A DNA stretch of 61,792 nt from an uncultured Atopobiaceae bacterium (GCA_947581665.1 CANPVI010000001.1:1-61792), one strand, 5' to 3'; counted from the first letter of the stretch, positions 17,939-26,811 are shown. Translations and numbers: made by a program. The notes: generated by a model from the sequence alone, not told the origin.

Positions 17939-19184
17939 CGCTACCTCCTTCTTGTTTTTCTTCGCCGCCCGTGGATGCCGACTTCATGTTTCCGTTGACG
18001 AGGTAGGTGTCCCCACCGTCCTCTTTCGGAATAAGCGGCATATCCTCCAAACGGCGTATATCGTTAATGGACAGCCATCCGTTTTGCCTACCGACTGCAT
18101 AGCCCTCCATCCTCGATTTGTAGTCGCCACGCATCAAGCCGTCCACATTGAATTTCGGGAAATACAAAAGCCGTTCTTTCTCATCCAAGAGCGAACGGCT
18201 GATTTCCTGTTCCCACCGCACCAACCACGGTCGGATGGTGTGCTGAACAAATTCGATTGATTGGTGTTCAATGTTGCTGAATGTGGCTCTTTCCAAGTCG
18301 CCCACAAGGTGCGGCGGAACACGGAAGATACGGCAAATCTCATTGACTTGGTACTTGCGTGTTTCGAGGAATTGTGCATCCTCCGGGGCAATGCCGATTG
18401 TGTGGTATTTCATCCCCTCTTCGAGTACCGCCACCTTATGGCTGTTCCTTGTCCCTTGGTAGACCTTATTCCAAGACTCCCTTAACTTTTCGGGGTCCTT
18501 CAGTATGCCGGGGTGTTCGAGAACACCGCCGGGACGCGCTCCGTTTCCAAAGAACTTTGCTCCGTATTCCTCGGTCGCAAGCGACAGTCCGACCGCCTCC
18601 CTTGCCTGCGCTATGGGACTTAATCCCACCACCCCGTCAACCGACAAGCCCTTGATGTGGAAGACTTGGTCTGGGGTGTACACGATGGTTTGGTTGGTGA
18701 TATCGTCCGAGTACGTGTATTTGATCTTGCCTGTGTTCGTATCCCTCTCGACCGTCATGAGCTGCGGTTTCAAGTACCAAAGTTCCGTCACATGACCGTT
18801 TTTGCGGATTTTCCGTGCATAGGCATTGCCCCATAACAGGAGCGAGGTCATCATCGTTTCTCGGAACTCGAAACTGGTGCATTCCTCATTCGGCGAGTCA
18901 TGGAGACACGAAAAAAGCGGATGTTGCTCCGCCGTTTCGCTCTTTCCGTCTTTGCCTTTCTTGTATAAGTGCAACGGCAGACTTGCCACCGTTTCCGCAA
19001 GGATCTTGACGCAGGCATACACCGCCGAGGTCTGCAATGCCCGCATTTCGTCCACGCGCACACCGCTGTTGCTCCCGCCGTAGAAGTCCACGTCGACTCC
19101 CCTGATGAAGTCCTGCATTTCCTTGCTCGGTGCGGTCCGTTGCTCCTTCTTAGGGGCATCCCTACTTCGTCCGAAAATTCTCAT
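17865..19184 (-). CDS. portal protein, HK97 family
   Basis: ..SAVYACVKILAETVASLPLHLYKK.. Start trimmed to ATG 19184 (GGGAGGG 3 nt upstream). Confidence 0.9.
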   Translation of the reverse strand: MRIFGRSRDAPKKEQRTAPSKEMQDFIRGVDVDFYGGSNSGVRVDEMRALQTSAVYACVKILAETVASLPLHLYKKGKDGKSETAEQHPLFSCLHDSPNEECTSFEFRETMMTSLLLWGNAYARKIRKNGHVTELWYLKPQLMTVERDTNTGKIKYTYSDDITNQTIVYTPDQVFHIKGLSVDGVVGLSPIAQAREAVGLSLATEEYGAKFFGNGARPGGVLEHPGILKDPEKLRESWNKVYQGTRNSHKVAVLEEGMKYHTIGIAPEDAQFLETRKYQVNEICRIFRVPPHLVGDLERATFSNIEHQSIEFVQHTIRPWLVRWEQEISRSLLDEKERLLYFPKFNVDGLMRGDYKSRMEGYAVGRQNGWLSINDIRRLEDMPLIPKEDGGDTYLVNGNMKSASTGGEEKQEGGSDGEGQEGTANAPDDGTSGKRKRKG

Positions 19185-19249
19185 TTGCCCTCCCTTTTCC
19201 AAATAATTTGAGCCGTCCTTTCGGGCGGCTCGATCTGTCTTTTTTCCGT

Positions 19250-19543
19250 TTATTTTTTCAGCGGCTTGCTGTCTATCAGCGAGGCGCAGACGTTGTCGAT
19301 TGCTTTCCACTCAGCCGAGCATTTCAGCACCGCATATTTCCCTTGCATCTGCGCTCTGTACACCTTGGCTTGGTGCGCCGCGAACTCTTCGGCGATGATT
19401 TCGGGTGCGTGTTCTACATCGGCGAGGATGCGCTTTTTGAGTTCTTCGACCTTCGCATCGTAGGCTGCGTTTTCCTCTGCGGTCGCGTTGTCATGGAATC
19501 CGTGGCTGTAGTATTTAAGTGTTCTGAAGATGTCTTTTGCCAT
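19250..19543 (-). CDS. hypothetical 97-aa protein (accessory cassette)
   Basis: MAKDIFRTLKYYSHGFHDNATAEENAAYDAKVEELKK..; AGGGAGAG SD; preceded by promoter module 3. Confidence 0.6.
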   Translation of the reverse strand: MAKDIFRTLKYYSHGFHDNATAEENAAYDAKVEELKKRILADVEHAPEIIAEEFAAHQAKVYRAQMQGKYAVLKCSAEWKAIDNVCASLIDSKPLKK

Positions 19544-19592
19544 TTTTTTGCTCTCCCTTTGGGGTGCTGCCCCTCTTTGATTTTGTAACACA

Positions 19593-19690
19593 ACAATACC
19601 GTAAAAAGAGGAAAGAGCCCAGCGAAAAGCGGTCAAAAACACAACTTTTTTTCGGAAAATTCCAAGAATTTTTGGCACGAAAAAACCACC
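19593..19690 (-). promoter_or_regulatory. promoter module copy 3
   Basis: Minus strand reads AAAAAGTTGTGTTTTTGACCGCTTTTCGCTGGGCTC-16 nt-TATTGT. Leader hairpin GGGGCAGCACCCC lies at 19561..19573. Confidence 0.55.
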
Positions 19691-19727
19691 ATATTTCAGG
19701 TGGTTTTATGTGCTTTTCTCTCTTATT

Positions 19728-20114
19728 TTAACTCCCGAACAGGATCTTTCCCGTTTCGAGGGTTTCGCCGTGATGGAGGATCTCCACGATTGCGGTCAAG
19801 GTGTCGTAGTCCTCTTCGGGGTATTCGCTCACCGCATCCCACCATGCCGACCGCAGCACTTCTCTTCTCCCGACCTCACCGACCGAGCCGAGCCTGCTAT
19901 CGTATACCTTGGGATCGTAGGTCACCGCCTCAGCATTGAAGGCATCTTTGAGTTTCAGCCAGAGGCTGTGCGCTTTGCGGTAGGTTTCGGGATCCGCCGT
20001 TCCTGTGAGTTGCGCTATCGGGCAGATGGTGTTCTTCGCCCATTTGATGGGGGTGTTGATGTTTGCTACCACCTCTTCGGCGGTCATCCATTCGTAGTTG
20101 TATTCCTTTGCCAT
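19728..20114 (-). CDS. hypothetical 128-aa protein
   Basis: MAKEYNYEWMTAEEVVANINTPIKWAKNTICPIAQL..; GGGAGGG SD. Confidence 0.6.
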   Translation of the reverse strand: MAKEYNYEWMTAEEVVANINTPIKWAKNTICPIAQLTGTADPETYRKAHSLWLKLKDAFNAEAVTYDPKVYDSRLGSVGEVGRREVLRSAWWDAVSEYPEEDYDTLTAIVEILHHGETLETGKILFGS

Positions 20115-20115
20115 C

Positions 20116-20307
20116 TTATTTGCCCTCCCTACCAAGTTGGTATGCCTGTTCGAGCATCGCTTTGAGTCCCCACACCGAGATGTCGAGGAAGTCTTCTTCA
20201 TCGTTCCACCGTCTTTCGAGGTCGCTGCGTTCTTCGACCACCACGCTGTTCTCCATCGCTATCTTGAGCAGTTCTTTTGCTGTCTTTGCGCTGATTTTCT
20301 TTTCCAT
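20116..20307 (-). CDS. hypothetical 63-aa protein
   Basis: MEKKISAKTAKELLKIAMENSVVVEERSDLERRWNDEEDF..; AAGGAG SD; first gene after promoter module 4. Confidence 0.5.
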   Translation of the reverse strand: MEKKISAKTAKELLKIAMENSVVVEERSDLERRWNDEEDFLDISVWGLKAMLEQAYQLGREGK

Positions 20308-20354
20308 TTTTGGCTCCTTTTTCGGGGGTGTTCCCCTTTCGTTTGTGTAAGCCA

Positions 20355-20445
20355 AGTATAGCGTAAAGAACGGAAAGAGCCCAGCGAAATCGCGCTAAAA
20401 ACACAACTTTTTTCAAAGAAAAATCGGGGGATTTTTTCCTCCGAT
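20355..20445 (-). promoter_or_regulatory. promoter module copy 4
   Basis: AAAAAGTTGTGTTTTTAGCGCGATTTCGCTGGGCTC-16 nt-TATACT. Leader hairpin GGGGAACACCCC lies at 20324..20336. Confidence 0.55.
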
Positions 20446-20478
20446 TTTATGGTTTTCAGCGCATCCGTGACGGCATTT

Positions 20479-20853
20479 TTAGCCGATTTTTACCACGAGT
20501 GCCGGGCGGTATTCGGTGACTTCTTTGTCCGTTTCGGAGTCGTACCTTTTGAACTGAGTGGGGATCATCTTCATGCCGTCCACGCTGCATCCCCGCTTGC
20601 AGAGTTCCCACAGCACTTCGGTCAGGCTGCTGAATGTCGAGCTGATGGTGATGCGGTCGAGGCCTTCCAGTCTGCAGGTGGCAAGGATGCCTTCGATGTC
20701 TTCTTCCCAGATGATGTCCGAGAAGTTGAGGTCGTCCGTTCCTGCCTTTCTGCTGTCCCTGTATGCCTTGTACAGCGTCCAGTTCACATCCTTGGCTTCG
20801 TTGCGTTGCTTGGGATCGTTCATGAGGTCTTCGTAGGTCTTTATGATTTTCAT
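20479..20853 (-). CDS. hypothetical 124-aa protein
   Basis: MKIIKTYEDLMNDPKQRNEAKDVNWTLYKAYRDSRKAG..; GAAGGAG SD. Confidence 0.6.
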   Translation of the reverse strand: MKIIKTYEDLMNDPKQRNEAKDVNWTLYKAYRDSRKAGTDDLNFSDIIWEEDIEGILATCRLEGLDRITISSTFSSLTEVLWELCKRGCSVDGMKMIPTQFKRYDSETDKEVTEYRPALVVKIG

Positions 20854-20899
20854 TCTTTGCTCCTTCGGGCGGTTGCCCTTGCTTTGTTTTTGTAAGCAA

Positions 20900-20990
20900 A
20901 GTATAGCGTAAAGAACAGAAAGAGCCCAGTGAAAATCGGCTAAAAACACAACTTTTTTCGGGAAAAACGAAAGAATTTTCGGCACTCTAA
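20900..20990 (-). promoter_or_regulatory. promoter module copy 5
   Basis: AAAAAGTTGTGTTTTTAGCCGATTTTCACTGGGCTC-16 nt-TATACT. Leader hairpin GGGCAACCGCCC lies at 20867..20878. Confidence 0.55.
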
Positions 20991-21028
20991 CCGTACCGAT
21001 TTCGACACGGTTCGCCGTCCTTTTTGGG

Positions 21029-21060
21029 GGAAATGCGCACACAAATGTATGCGCATTTCC
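21029..21060. repeat. perfect 11-bp-arm inverted repeat GGAAATGCGCA-N10-TGCGCATTTCC
   Basis: Read directly. Lies between promoter module 5 and the repeat array. Confidence 0.6.
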
Positions 21061-21097
21061 GCTCCGTTCTTCCCCCTGATATTCCATATTTTCGGTG

Positions 21098-21600
21098 ATG
21101 GTTACCCCTCGCTACCCTTATAGTGAAAGGTCCTACACGGGCAGGGTACACACCATGCGCCGTAAGGTTGCAGGGAGACACCCTGCCCCCTTCCGCAGTA
21201 AGGTTGCAGGCGGCTTGTGTCCCCCTTGTTACTCTTTCAAAGGGGTTACCCCCTCCCACAGTAAGCGTGTGGACGGTTTGTAACCCCCTCGTTACTCTTT
21301 AAGTGAACGGACACCCCGCCCCCTCCCACAGTAAGGGTGAAGACGGGTTGCACTACCCCCGGCACTCTTAAAGTGTGAGAGCAGTCCCGCCAAGGTACTC
21401 CCCCGCTACTCTTTCAAAGGGGGTCACACCCCCTTGCGGTTTTAGTGAGCGGGTGTAGCCTGTCTCCCCCTTCTTACACTTAAAGGGGGAAGGGGTTACC
21501 CCTCACGACACTTTAAGTGCAGGCGGACACCTGTCCCCTGCGACTCTTTTCTCGACAGCACCTCGTAAGCCGAACGGCGGCGAGTGTTGAATATTTTTTA
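21098..21600. repeat. 0.5-kb non-coding array of degenerate, interleaved repeats with roughly 35-bp periodic C4-5 tracts
   Basis: Eight copies of AC(T/A)CTT(T)nAA(A)G(T/G)G near-palindromes start at about 21112, 21231, 21294, 21364, 21408, 21476, 21508 and 21543. Four copies of C(A/C)GTAAG(G/C)(G/T)TG lie at about 21161, 21196, 21259 and 21329. CCCC(C) runs recur about every 28-45 bp. Confidence 0.7.
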
Positions 21601-21614
21601 AGGAGTGTTTTGCT

Positions 21615-21974
21615 ATGCAAGACCCGATTGAAGCCCTGTTATCCCTTTACCGTGCCAAGATGCCCAAGACGGTGTATCTTATGCGCAACGAGCCCCGCTA
21701 CTCCGCTGTCAAGCACGAGATTGACGGATTTGTCAAGACCGTGCTTGCCGAGGATCCCGATGCCGAAGTGATGGTCGAACCCGATGAGCTGACTGGCTCA
21801 AGCATCTCTGTGTCGGTCATCACCGACTTGCTTGTCCTCTCCGACACGCACAGCCTTCTTCCCCTCTTCGCCCTTGCAGATAACATCGAAGTCTGCGCCC
21901 GCACGGATGGTCGGTTCTACTTCGACCTGTCCTTTCAGAACTGCTACAAGCCCGCACCCGCACACGTCAAATAA
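21615..21974 (+). CDS. hypothetical 119-aa protein (plus strand, opposite to the late genes)
   Basis: AAGGAG lies 8 nt before the ATG. MQDPIEALLSLYRAKMPKTVYLMRNEPRYSAVKHEIDGF.. Confidence 0.6.
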   Translation: MQDPIEALLSLYRAKMPKTVYLMRNEPRYSAVKHEIDGFVKTVLAEDPDAEVMVEPDELTGSSISVSVITDLLVLSDTHSLLPLFALADNIEVCARTDGRFYFDLSFQNCYKPAPAHVK

Positions 21975-21986
21975 GGAGAAAAAGCC

Positions 21987-22304
21987 ATGATAAAAGTCTA
22001 CTGCAAACCCACCGAAAAAGGTGTCCACTCTTTCTTCCTCTCGGTCGAGGGAAAGGACTACTTCCTGTTCCGTCAGCGGTACTCAACGAGTAACCGAAAC
22101 TTCTTCGGGAGCGGTGTCCCGCTCGACCGTGTCTTTTCTTTTCGGAATGTCCACAGCGTTGCCACGCAGCGCACCCTTGATAAAATTCAGACGGCGATCC
22201 CCCTTGCCGAACGGCGGTTCGGTATCGCCGTGACCAAGAAGCAACTCCGCAAAACCGACAGACGGTTCGAACGGTCTGCTCCCCGTTACTTGGAGGCGAT
22301 TTGA
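21987..22304 (+). CDS. hypothetical 105-aa basic protein
   Basis: AAGGAG SD. MIKVYCKPTEKGVHSFFLSVEGKDYFLFRQRY..KKQLRKTDRRFERSAPRYLEAI. Confidence 0.55.
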   Translation: MIKVYCKPTEKGVHSFFLSVEGKDYFLFRQRYSTSNRNFFGSGVPLDRVFSFRNVHSVATQRTLDKIQTAIPLAERRFGIAVTKKQLRKTDRRFERSAPRYLEAI

Positions 22305-22334
22305 GGTCAAAGGCATCGGATTCGAGTCCTTTGG

Positions 22335-23672
22335 TCAGTCGAAAATCTCCACTCCGTCCCTGATGTGCCTGACATCGGCATTCGGATTCTGCTCTCGGAA
22401 TCGGCGCACGATGACATCGCAGTATCTCGGTTCGAGTTCGATTGCACAACACTTTCGGTTGAGCTGCTCGGCGGCAATCAAGGTCGAACCACTCCCGCAG
22501 AACGGCTCCAAGACCATGTCCCCCTCATGGCTGCTGTTATAGATGAGCTTGGCGCATAAGGTAATGGGTTTCATGGTCGGGTGGTCTGGGGACTTGCTCG
22601 GTTTGTTGTCCCTGATCACCGTGGTCGGCTTGCCGAGGATGTCTTCGAGTAGGTCTGCGAGTTCCGCCTTGGACATTTTCTTGATGTTCTCTCGGATGTC
22701 TTCGTAGACGGTCGGTAGCGTCCTATCGTCTATGAAGTAATGCCCCGCTCCTTCTTTCCATCCGTACAGTATCGGTTCATGGATCCATTGGTAGTCCTGT
22801 CTGCCAATGGTGAAGTGGTTTTTATACCACACGAGCGTCTGGGCATATTTCAGCCCCGCATCGGTCATCGCCTTGGTGAAGTTGACCGTTTCCTTGGTGC
22901 TGTGGAAGACATATATCGGTGCGCCGTTCTTCAACCCCTTCTCCGCCGCCTTATAAAAGGCACTCAAGAACTGGTAGAACTCATCGTCCGAAAGGTTATC
23001 GTTGGCGATGTTGCTGTTTTGTCGGCTACTCGAATGGTTCTTCCCCCTTATGCTCGATCCGTAGTCCACGTTGTACGGAGGATCGGTCACCATGATGTCC
23101 GCTTGCTTGCCGTCCAAAACTCGGTTCACATCCTCGAACTGTGTGCTGTCGCCGCACAACAGCCGATGCGTCCCCAAGAGCCACAAATCGCCCGTTTTGG
23201 TCTTCGGTTCGGCTGTTTCTTCGAGGGCAGTTTCGGCATCGAAATCATCTTCATGCACGTTCTCCATACTGCCGCTGCCGAACAGTTCCTGCGCTTCGGC
23301 AAGGTCGAAACCCGTGAGGGTGATGTCAAATCCGCTCCCGTCCAAATCACGGAGTAGATTCGCCAAGAGGTCGGTATCCCACTCGCCGCTGATTTTGTTC
23401 AAGGCGATGTTGAGAGCCTTTTCCTTGCTCTCTTCGAGGTCCACCACCACGCAGTCCACCTCCGTGTAGCCGAGGTCCTTCATCACGGTCAGCCGTTGGT
23501 GTCCGCCTACTACCTTGCCTGTCCGTTTGTTCCAGATGATAGGCTCGACATAGCCGAACTCCAAAATGCTCCGTTTGAGCTTCTCGTACTCGGCATCGCC
23601 GGGTTTGAGTGCTTTCCTCGGATTGTACTCCGCCGCCTTAAGGTCGGCTACTTGCTTTTTCTCAATCTCCAT
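22335..23672 (-). CDS. ParB-like nuclease domain fused to an N6-adenine/N4-cytosine DNA methyltransferase
   Basis: N-terminus ..AEYNPRK..VVGGHQRL.. (ParB/Srx fold). TDPPY catalytic motif. C-terminal LEPFCGSGST SAM motif. Start is ATG 23672 (GGAGG). Confidence 0.85.
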   Translation of the reverse strand: MEIEKKQVADLKAAEYNPRKALKPGDAEYEKLKRSILEFGYVEPIIWNKRTGKVVGGHQRLTVMKDLGYTEVDCVVVDLEESKEKALNIALNKISGEWDTDLLANLLRDLDGSGFDITLTGFDLAEAQELFGSGSMENVHEDDFDAETALEETAEPKTKTGDLWLLGTHRLLCGDSTQFEDVNRVLDGKQADIMVTDPPYNVDYGSSIRGKNHSSSRQNSNIANDNLSDDEFYQFLSAFYKAAEKGLKNGAPIYVFHSTKETVNFTKAMTDAGLKYAQTLVWYKNHFTIGRQDYQWIHEPILYGWKEGAGHYFIDDRTLPTVYEDIRENIKKMSKAELADLLEDILGKPTTVIRDNKPSKSPDHPTMKPITLCAKLIYNSSHEGDMVLEPFCGSGSTLIAAEQLNRKCCAIELEPRYCDVIVRRFREQNPNADVRHIRDGVEIFD

Positions 23673-23731
23673 TTTTCCTCCAAAATAATGACCACACCGC
23701 ATCGGTGTGGCCGTTCGTTTTTGCTGTCCGC

Positions 23732-23935
23732 TTATCTGTGTTCGGGTAACTGCCCGTCATCGACCAAGATGGCATACAAGATTCCGCTGTAATTGAATCT
23801 CTCCATCGTTGCCTTCATTTTGTCGTAGATTTTCTGCATCTCGGCTTGGCTTGCCTTCGCCCTGATTGCCGTTTCGTATTCATACACGAGTTGCTCTTCG
23901 AGAGCGCAGTCTTCATCGATTATAATGTTCGCCAT
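23732..23935 (-). CDS. hypothetical 67-aa protein
   Basis: MANIIIDEDCALEEQLVYEYETAIRAKASQAEMQKIYDKMK..; internal ATG directly after the upstream stop. Confidence 0.45.
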   Translation of the reverse strand: MANIIIDEDCALEEQLVYEYETAIRAKASQAEMQKIYDKMKATMERFNYSGILYAILVDDGQLPEHR

Positions 23936-23942
23936 GACTCTC

Positions 23943-24248
23943 TCACCTTGCCTTTTTGATGATGCCTGTGGATCTCGCCCAAGTGTAGCCGTCAAGGTCC
24001 ACCACGATGCTGTATGACACGTCTTCGCTGTCGATGCGGATGCATCTCCGTTCGCCCTTCTCCGTTTCGCCGCTGATGTCCGCATTCGCTTTCAGGAACT
24101 CATAGTCGCCCATGAGGTCTTCGCTGAACTTTACGAACTCCGCTCGGTCAAGGATGATCCGCTTTTCTACTTTGACCGCTATCTTTTCGCCGTCTTCATG
24201 GAGGTAATGCTCGATTGACCTCGCCTTATGCACCATTTTGATTTTCAT
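23943..24248 (-). CDS. hypothetical 101-aa protein
   Basis: GAAGGAGAAC SD. MKIKMVHKARSIEHYLHEDGEKIAVKVEK.. Confidence 0.6.
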   Translation of the reverse strand: MKIKMVHKARSIEHYLHEDGEKIAVKVEKRIILDRAEFVKFSEDLMGDYEFLKANADISGETEKGERRCIRIDSEDVSYSIVVDLDGYTWARSTGIIKKAR

Positions 24249-24288
24249 GCCGTTCTCCTTCGGGCATCTGCCCTTGTTTTTTTATGCA

Positions 24289-24376
24289 ATTATAGCGTAA
24301 ACAACCGAAAGAGCCCAGAGAAATGCGGCCTAAAACACAGGTTTTTTACAAGAAAAACGCTCGGATTCCCAAGCGT
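24289..24376 (-). promoter_or_regulatory. promoter module copy 6
   Basis: AAAACCTGTGTTTTAGGCCGCATTTCTCTGGGCTC-16 nt-TATAAT. Leader hairpin GGGCAGATGCCC lies at 24262..24273. Confidence 0.55.
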
Positions 24377-25165
24377 TCAGTCTTCAATGACGATGCAATT
24401 TACTCTCTGCGAGTGCGCCGTGCAAGCGTCTATCGCTATAATACCCTTTCCGTAGTATGGCGTGAAGTCCGCATCATCCTCGAACTCCGTGCCTTTCCCC
24501 TCGATCTTGGCGTGTCCGTAGGAGCAATGCCAATGCCCGCACACGATGGTCTTCCCTTCCTCTATCACTCCGTCCTGCGCCGCCGCCATTCCGTTATACC
24601 AACGGGAGAGTGCGAACTCTTCTTTCGGCTGTTCCCGCCAATTCGGTATCGGCAAGTATCGTGCCGAGTATCGGTTGACGAGTATCTTTTGGCAAGGTAT
24701 CCATCCGTGGGTGAAGATGTAATTCGGGGTTTCGTAGTAGTCGAGCATTGCGGGGATGAGCTTCTTGAAGTATGGTGTGTTCTCCATCTTCCTTGCCGTC
24801 CGCTCTGGATACAAGCAAGCCTCCGCAAGCGATTGCCCCGTGAGTTGCAGAATCGTATCAATCGTTCCGTTGCTCCAATGGTGGGTGAAGAAGATGCTAC
24901 TGTCATCGGTCAGCCACTTCGTTGCGTTCTGCACCAGTTCCTCGGTGAGGTCTTCGTGGTTTCCCCGTATAAGGATGAGCTGTCCCTTGGCTTGCTCCCC
25001 CACCATGAATTCTTGGAGTGCCACCGCTTCCCTGCCACGGTCGAACAGATCCCCGCAGACAAGGAGTTTGTGCGGCTCCTTATCGTAAAAGTATCCTTTT
25101 TCTTTGAGTGCCGCCACCATCTCCGTGTAGAACCCGTGGGTGTCGGCTAAAACATAATATCTCAT
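24377..25165 (-). CDS. calcineurin-like metallophosphoesterase (Ser/Thr phosphatase / diadenosine-tetraphosphatase-like)
   Basis: Motifs VLADTHG, GDLFDRG, GNHE and ..GHWH.. in canonical order. Confidence 0.85.
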   Translation of the reverse strand: MRYYVLADTHGFYTEMVAALKEKGYFYDKEPHKLLVCGDLFDRGREAVALQEFMVGEQAKGQLILIRGNHEDLTEELVQNATKWLTDDSSIFFTHHWSNGTIDTILQLTGQSLAEACLYPERTARKMENTPYFKKLIPAMLDYYETPNYIFTHGWIPCQKILVNRYSARYLPIPNWREQPKEEFALSRWYNGMAAAQDGVIEEGKTIVCGHWHCSYGHAKIEGKGTEFEDDADFTPYYGKGIIAIDACTAHSQRVNCIVIED

Positions 25166-25174
25166 TTGCCTATC

Positions 25175-25203
25175 ATTATAGCGTTTTTTGGCTTATTTAT
25201 CAA
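25175..25203 (-). promoter_or_regulatory. sigma-A-type promoter TTGATA-17-TATAAT for the phosphoesterase gene
   Basis: Minus strand reads TTGATAaataagccaaaaaacgcTATAAT, directly after the terL stop. Confidence 0.55.
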
Positions 25204-25215
25204 CCATTTGGGCGG

Positions 25216-26766
25216 CTAAATGACGATTATCCCCCTTTCGTTATACACGCTGTCCGTGCCGCCTTGGTTGCGTATCGCACGGTCCAGAGCCATGACGAGT
25301 GCCACCGCTCCGTCTATGCGCTCCGTGGACTTCTCTTTGTCCATCTTGATGTTGCCCGCAGGATCCGTGCGGACGAAGACGTTGTCCATCATCCACCGCA
25401 AAGGCACATTCCCGCCGTGCGCGATTTTCTGCTCAAGCACGAGCTTCATGAGTTCCTTTGTCGGTGGCGACATATCCTTGAACCCCTGACCGAACGGCAC
25501 GACCGTGAACCCCATCCCTTCGAGATTCTGCGTCATCTGCACCGCTCCCCATCGGTCAAAGGCGATTTCCTTGATGTTGTACTTTGTGCCGAGGTCCTCT
25601 ATAAAGGTTTCGATGTATCCGTAGTGGATGACATTCCCCTCGGTGGTTATGACCTGCCCCTTTGCTTTCCATGTGTCGTATGGAACGTGGTCACGCCGCA
25701 CTCGGAGGTCTATGGTGTCTTCGGGGATCCAAAAGAACGGCAAGACCATGTATTTATCGTCTTCGTCCAAAGGCGGAAAGACCAACACAAAGGCGGTGAT
25801 GTCCGTGCTGCTTGATAGGTCGAGTCCACCGTAGCACTCCCGCCCTTTCAGCCGTTCCGCATCCACGGCGAAGTCGCACTTGTCCCATGCATCCATAGGC
25901 ATCCAACGAACGCTTTGCTTTACCCATTGGTTCAGTCGCAGTTGGCGGAAGAGGTTTTCCTCCGCCGGGTTCTCTTTGGCGGACTCGTATGCGGTCCGCA
26001 GTTTTTCTATGTCCACCGTCACTCCGAGAGACGGATTTGCTTTCCGCCACACCGATTCGTCCGACCAATCATCGTCATCCTCTGCTCCGTATATCACTGG
26101 GTAGAATGTTTTGTCATGCTTTCGCCCTTCGAGGATGTCCTTTGCTTTTTGGTGGACTTCCCAACAGATGCTGTTCCGATCCGTTCCCGCCGTGGTTATA
26201 AGGAAGAACAGGGGTTGCTTTCTCGCATCGCCAGAGCCGTGAGTCATGACATCGTATAGGGCTCGGTTCGGCTGCGCATGGAGTTCATCGAACACGACTC
26301 CGTGGACATTCAGTCCGTGCTTGGTGTACGATTCCGCCGACAGCACCTGATAAAACGAATTCAGCGGCAGATAGACGAGCCGTTTCTGGCTCATCACAGG
26401 CTTGATGCGCTTTTTGAGTGCCGGGCATTGCTCCACCATATTGCAGGCGACATCGAAGACGATGCTTGCCTGCTGTCTGTCCGCCGCACAGCCGTACACC
26501 TCCGCACCCCACTCTCCATCCCCTGCGAGGAGATAAAGGGCGACAGCGGCCGCAATTTCGCTCTTCCCTTGCTTTTTGGGTATCTCTACATAGGCGGTGT
26601 TGTATTGCCTATATCCGTTGTCCTTTACTGTTCCGAATATATCTCGGATGATTTTATCTTGCCAAGGCAAGAGTTCAAACGGTACGCCGTGCCAAGTGCC
26701 TTTTGTGTGTTTTAAGGAGTTGATAAAGGCAACGGCACGGTCCGCAAGCTGCTGATTGTATGCCAT
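25216..26766 (-). CDS. terL: terminase large subunit
   Basis: 516 aa. ..GTWHGVPFELLPWQDKII..VEIPKKQGKSEIAAAVALYLL.. (Walker A-like) and a C-terminal nuclease region. Confidence 0.9.
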   Translation of the reverse strand: MAYNQQLADRAVAFINSLKHTKGTWHGVPFELLPWQDKIIRDIFGTVKDNGYRQYNTAYVEIPKKQGKSEIAAAVALYLLAGDGEWGAEVYGCAADRQQASIVFDVACNMVEQCPALKKRIKPVMSQKRLVYLPLNSFYQVLSAESYTKHGLNVHGVVFDELHAQPNRALYDVMTHGSGDARKQPLFFLITTAGTDRNSICWEVHQKAKDILEGRKHDKTFYPVIYGAEDDDDWSDESVWRKANPSLGVTVDIEKLRTAYESAKENPAEENLFRQLRLNQWVKQSVRWMPMDAWDKCDFAVDAERLKGRECYGGLDLSSSTDITAFVLVFPPLDEDDKYMVLPFFWIPEDTIDLRVRRDHVPYDTWKAKGQVITTEGNVIHYGYIETFIEDLGTKYNIKEIAFDRWGAVQMTQNLEGMGFTVVPFGQGFKDMSPPTKELMKLVLEQKIAHGGNVPLRWMMDNVFVRTDPAGNIKMDKEKSTERIDGAVALVMALDRAIRNQGGTDSVYNERGIIVI

Positions 26767-26780
26767 TTACTCCCCTTTGC

Positions 26781-26811
26781 GCAAAAATAAGGAAGGGACG
26801 AATCCCTTCCT
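26781..26811 (-). terminator. rho-independent terminator immediately upstream of terL
   Basis: Minus strand reads GGAAGGGA-ttcg-TCCCTTCC followed by TTATTTTT, 15 nt before the terL ATG. Confidence 0.65.

Noticed and set aside
19544-21087. Conserved peptide KKVVFL..F.WALS..Y.I at the N-termini of track ORFs 19250..19678, 20198..20416 and 20479..21087 (a related peptide occurs in 27313..28302). It looked like a shared signal or domain.
   Set aside because: It is the translation of the repeated promoter module. Strong SD plus ATG sites lie downstream, and the -10 box falls inside the supposed coding sequence. These ORFs were trimmed to the internal starts.
20987-21259. 90-aa minus-strand ORF with the internal peptide repeat CNLTAEGG/CNLTAHG
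   Set aside because: The peptide repeat only mirrors the DNA repeats. There is no SD and the ORF overlaps promoter module 5.
21098-21600. Possible CRISPR array
   Set aside because: The repeats are degenerate and of two interleaved types. The spacing is irregular (28-45 bp), there is no constant repeat length, and no cas genes lie anywhere in the window.
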